Of a stretch of DNA of 35,817 bases, positions 32,967 through 35,817 are shown one piece after another; position 1 is the first letter of the stretch, and every line of letters starts with the position of its first letter. This stretch comes from Octopus bimaculoides (taxonomy: Eukaryota): the NCBI RefSeq assembly GCF_001194135.2, contig NC_068988.1, forward strand, positions 7,863,583 through 7,899,399, read 5' to 3'. The translations under genes and the position numbers were made by a program. Below the pieces are notes generated by a model. The model searched no databases. It was not told the origin of the DNA and saw only the letters and a list, made by a program, of their open reading frames with translations.

Positions 32967-33330
32967 GGCGTGCCTGTGTGGTAAAAAGCTTGCTTCCCAA
33001 CAACGTGGTTCCGTGTTCAGTCCCACAGAGTAGTAACTTTGGTAAGTCTCTTCAACTATAGACTCGGGCTAAACAAATCTTTGTGAATGGATTTGGGAGG
33101 CAGAAACTGAAAGAAGCCCACCGTACATGTGTGTGTGTGTGTCCACCACCGCATTACAACCGGTGTTGCTGTGTTTACGTTCCCGTAATTAGCAAAAGAG
33201 GCGGATAGAATGAGTACCAGGCTTTATAAAAAATATAAGTACCAGAGTTGATTCGTTTGACTAAAATTTTTCAAGGCAGTGGTGCTCCAGCATGGCTGTA
33301 ATCTAATGACTAGAGCAAATAAAAGATAAA
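32967..33330 (+). mobile_element. SINE family B, full length, diverged
   Basis: gcctgtgtggtaaaaagcttgc head, ggttccgtgttcagtccc B-box region, CORE-like block, short (TG)n, tail ggtgctccagcatggctg...aaataaaagataaa. Confidence 0.88.
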
Positions 33331-33534
33331 AAATATTAAAAACTATACATATATATGCATGTATGTAAGTCTGCGATTGTCCCCCATCCCAACGCTTGAC
33401 CACCATCAACGAGATTTCTTGGTGTTCGCCTGTTTAGGGCTTTTTCATAAGGATTGTGTGACCAAAAGAACAAGATATTTTCCCAAGAAGCTTTCATGTT
33501 GGAACCGAAGCCATTACTACCAGATTGTCTTTCA

Positions 33535-33726
33535 TCTTTTATTTATTTTAGTCATTGCACTATGGACATACTGGGGCACTGCTTCGAAGGGTTTTAGGCG
33601 AACAATTCAACCCCAGGATTTATATCTTGGTACTTATTCTATGAATCTATTTTACCGAATTTTTAAGTTGCTTGGGGACATAAAAAAACCCAGCACCGGT
33701 TGTCAAGTGGTGGGAGGATGACAAAC
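33535..33726 (-). mobile_element. SINE family B 3' half, diverged
   Basis: Inverted homology to 33150-33330 (tagtcatt...catactggggcac...ttcaaccccagg...gtacttattct...gcaccggttgtcaagtggtggg). Confidence 0.72.
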
Positions 33727-33814
33727 ATAAAATCAAACAGGCACAAATATATATGTGCATCAGCATGGCCGCAGCTCTAAGCTGAAACTATAAAAAGAAA
33801 AATATATATATATA

Positions 33815-34161
33815 TTACGGAGATGTACTTGCATAGCAAGTGACCTGATCTGAGATCGTGTGCTGGAACGAAAACAATTGCAGTGTAGTGTGGAAGGTGT
33901 TTATAAACCATTTAAAACACCCAAAACCGTTAGATTCACTTCAACATTTAAATTTAATTTGTCAAAATATTTTCGTTGCTTTGGGAACGCGAACTGTTCA
34001 CTGACAAAATTCCATGCTGCACGGTATTTTGTCAGTGAACAGGTCACGGTCTCAAAGCGACGAAAATATTTTGGTAAATTAAATTTAAATGTTGAAGTGA
34101 ATCTAACGCTTTTTTTTTTTTGCGTTTTAAATGGCTTATAAACACCTTCCACGCTGCAATT

Positions 34162-34165
<4 letters not shown>
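33815..34165. mobile_element. Foldback/MITE-like palindromic element
   Basis: Arms 33872-34010 and 34026-34165 are reverse complements at high identity with a 15-nt loop; flanked by (TA)n on both sides. Confidence 0.9.
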
Positions 34166-34196
<31 letters not shown>

Positions 34197-34677
34197 CTTG
34201 TGATGGAAAATCACATATCTTGTAAATACAGTAACCCAGGGTTTCCTGGTCGAAATAGTAATCTATTCCGCCATTTATTATGCTCAAAATGACTGTTTGT
34301 CAGTTGTCTTTTAAGCAGACGATAGTTAAACAAGAGACGCTTGAAAAACGGAGACACGATGAAAAACACAAGGGAGATAACCAATGTCAGAATAAATCGA
34401 TGTGAGGCAGACGTAAACCAGATGTTAACGGTTTACTATACAGTAATCCTTTGCCATATCGTATTCACCTATTGCGGTTCACCTATTTCAGTTTATCATT
34501 TATGCTTACGTCGATTCCTCCGTGGTGTTGCTGTGCATTTATATTTAAATAAATATATACAAATTATAAGTATAATAAAAAAATATACAGTACTGTTTCT
34601 ACTTCACGGATTTTCACCTATCGCGGGGTGGGATTTGGAACGTAACACACGCGATAGTCAAGCGGTTACTGTATATT

Positions 34678-34838
34678 TATACGGCGGATTTCCACACACT
34701 TTCCGTCGACCAAATTTACTTACGAAGCATTGTCCGACCAGGGTGTATAGTAAACGATATTTGCCCATCGTACTGCACAGTGGAATTGAACCCGAAACCA
34801 CGAGGTTGCATGGCTAGCTTCTTTACCTCACAACCTGT
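34678..34838 (-). mobile_element. SINE family B 5' half, diverged
   Basis: Minus strand: gtggtttcgggttcaattccactgtgcagtacgatgggcaaatatcgtttactatacaccctggtcggac...ggtcgacggaaag, homologous to 24040-24170. Confidence 0.72.
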
Positions 34839-34910
34839 CTACGAAGACCATTTTTACAAAGCCATGAGGCCGCACTTGCACCCATTCTCAAATCACTGTA
34901 GAACCACCTG

Positions 34911-35268
34911 AAGGCAGCAAGCTGGCCGAATCGTTACCACGACGGGAGAAATGCTTAGCGGTATTTCGTCTGTCTTTACGTTCTGAGTTCAAATAAATTA
35001 AGTACCAGTTGAGTACTGGGTCGATGTAATCGACTTAATCCGTTCGTCTGTTCTTGTTTGTTCCCTCTATGTTTAGCCCCTTGTGGGCAATAACGAAATA
35101 GGTATTTCGACTGTCTTTACGTTCTGAGTTCAAATTCCGCCGAGGTCGACTTTGCCTTTCATCCTTTCGGGGTCGACAAATTAAGTATCACTTCCGTACT
35201 GGAGTCGATCTAATTGACTGGCACTTCTCCAAAGGTTTCGGGCCTTGTGCCCAGAGTAGAGAAGAATC
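34911..35268 (+). mobile_element. Composite SINE-A dimer (tail-2 unit plus 5'-truncated tail-1 unit) with 12-bp TSD
   Basis: TSD TAGAACCACCTG at 34899-34910 and 35269-35280. Unit 1 (34911-35100) lacks about 42 bp of core at 34994/34995; unit 2 starts ggtatttcg at 35101. Confidence 0.92.
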
Positions 35269-35626
35269 TAGAACCACCTGCTAAACACGTAAAAGACTCC
35301 GTGTACACATGATGTGTTTATATGTTCGTGTACGTCCATTGTATATGTTGTATGTGATTGTAACTGTTGTACGTATTCTTCACACGCATATGAAATGTTT
35401 TTATAATATTTGTTTTATCATTTTATTTCCTTTCTTTTAATTTCTGTTTCTGTTGCTGTGTACATTTATATTGGCAAAACATTTATGTAGGCGGCTAAAA
35501 GAAATGTGTTTTGTCATGGAATAATATAATATACGTGGACGAAATTTACGATAATGTAAAATAATATGTTGGAATAGCTTCTCATAAAAGACAGAGATAT
35601 TCATACACAGGAATATTGACTCACAC

Positions 35627-35739
35627 ATACATATACACAGACACAGACACGTAACACTCTTACATACATACGTATGTGCGCGTGTCTGTCTGTCTCTGTC
35701 TGTCTGTCTATCGCCCTATCTATCTATCTATCTATCTAC

Positions 35740-35817
<78 letters not shown>
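35627..35817. repeat. Compound CA/TCTG/TCTA/TC microsatellite
   Basis: Visible. Confidence 0.95.

Overview
AT-rich, microsatellite-saturated animal genomic DNA with 11 N-gaps totalling about 5.5 kb (850-1306, 2455-2806, 3636-3800, 7979-8404, 10358-10870, 14358-15330, 16506-16979, 17972-18645, 22537-22546, 28058-28848, 32234-32873). The SINE set and microsatellite load suggest a coleoid cephalopod, most likely Octopus; this is inference from recalled repeat consensus, not a search. No intact host protein-coding gene could be supported, and nearly all listed ORFs are microsatellite or gap artefacts. The window holds about 25 tRNA-type SINE copies or fragments in four working families (my labels A-D) and a retroposed 5S rRNA copy. 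It also holds a decayed IS630/Tc1-type transposase, two decayed Penelope-like (RT plus GIY-YIG) copies in inverted orientation, and an R4/Dong-like RLE LINE 3' end in (AAT)n. Smaller elements include a hAT MITE with a perfect 8-bp TSD, a mariner-derived MITE, two foldback elements and a probable Helentron-type end. The most unusual loci are: (1) a Pol III stack at 5305-6192, where three SINE-A units and a 5S copy sit at one repeatedly duplicated target site, including a terminator-less 5S-SINE chimera and a 4x B-box array upstream; (2) a SINE flanked by an 84-bp duplication that copies one arm of a hairpin; (3) several SINE-SINE chimeras; (4) AAT islands of serial, orientation-biased retroelement insertions.
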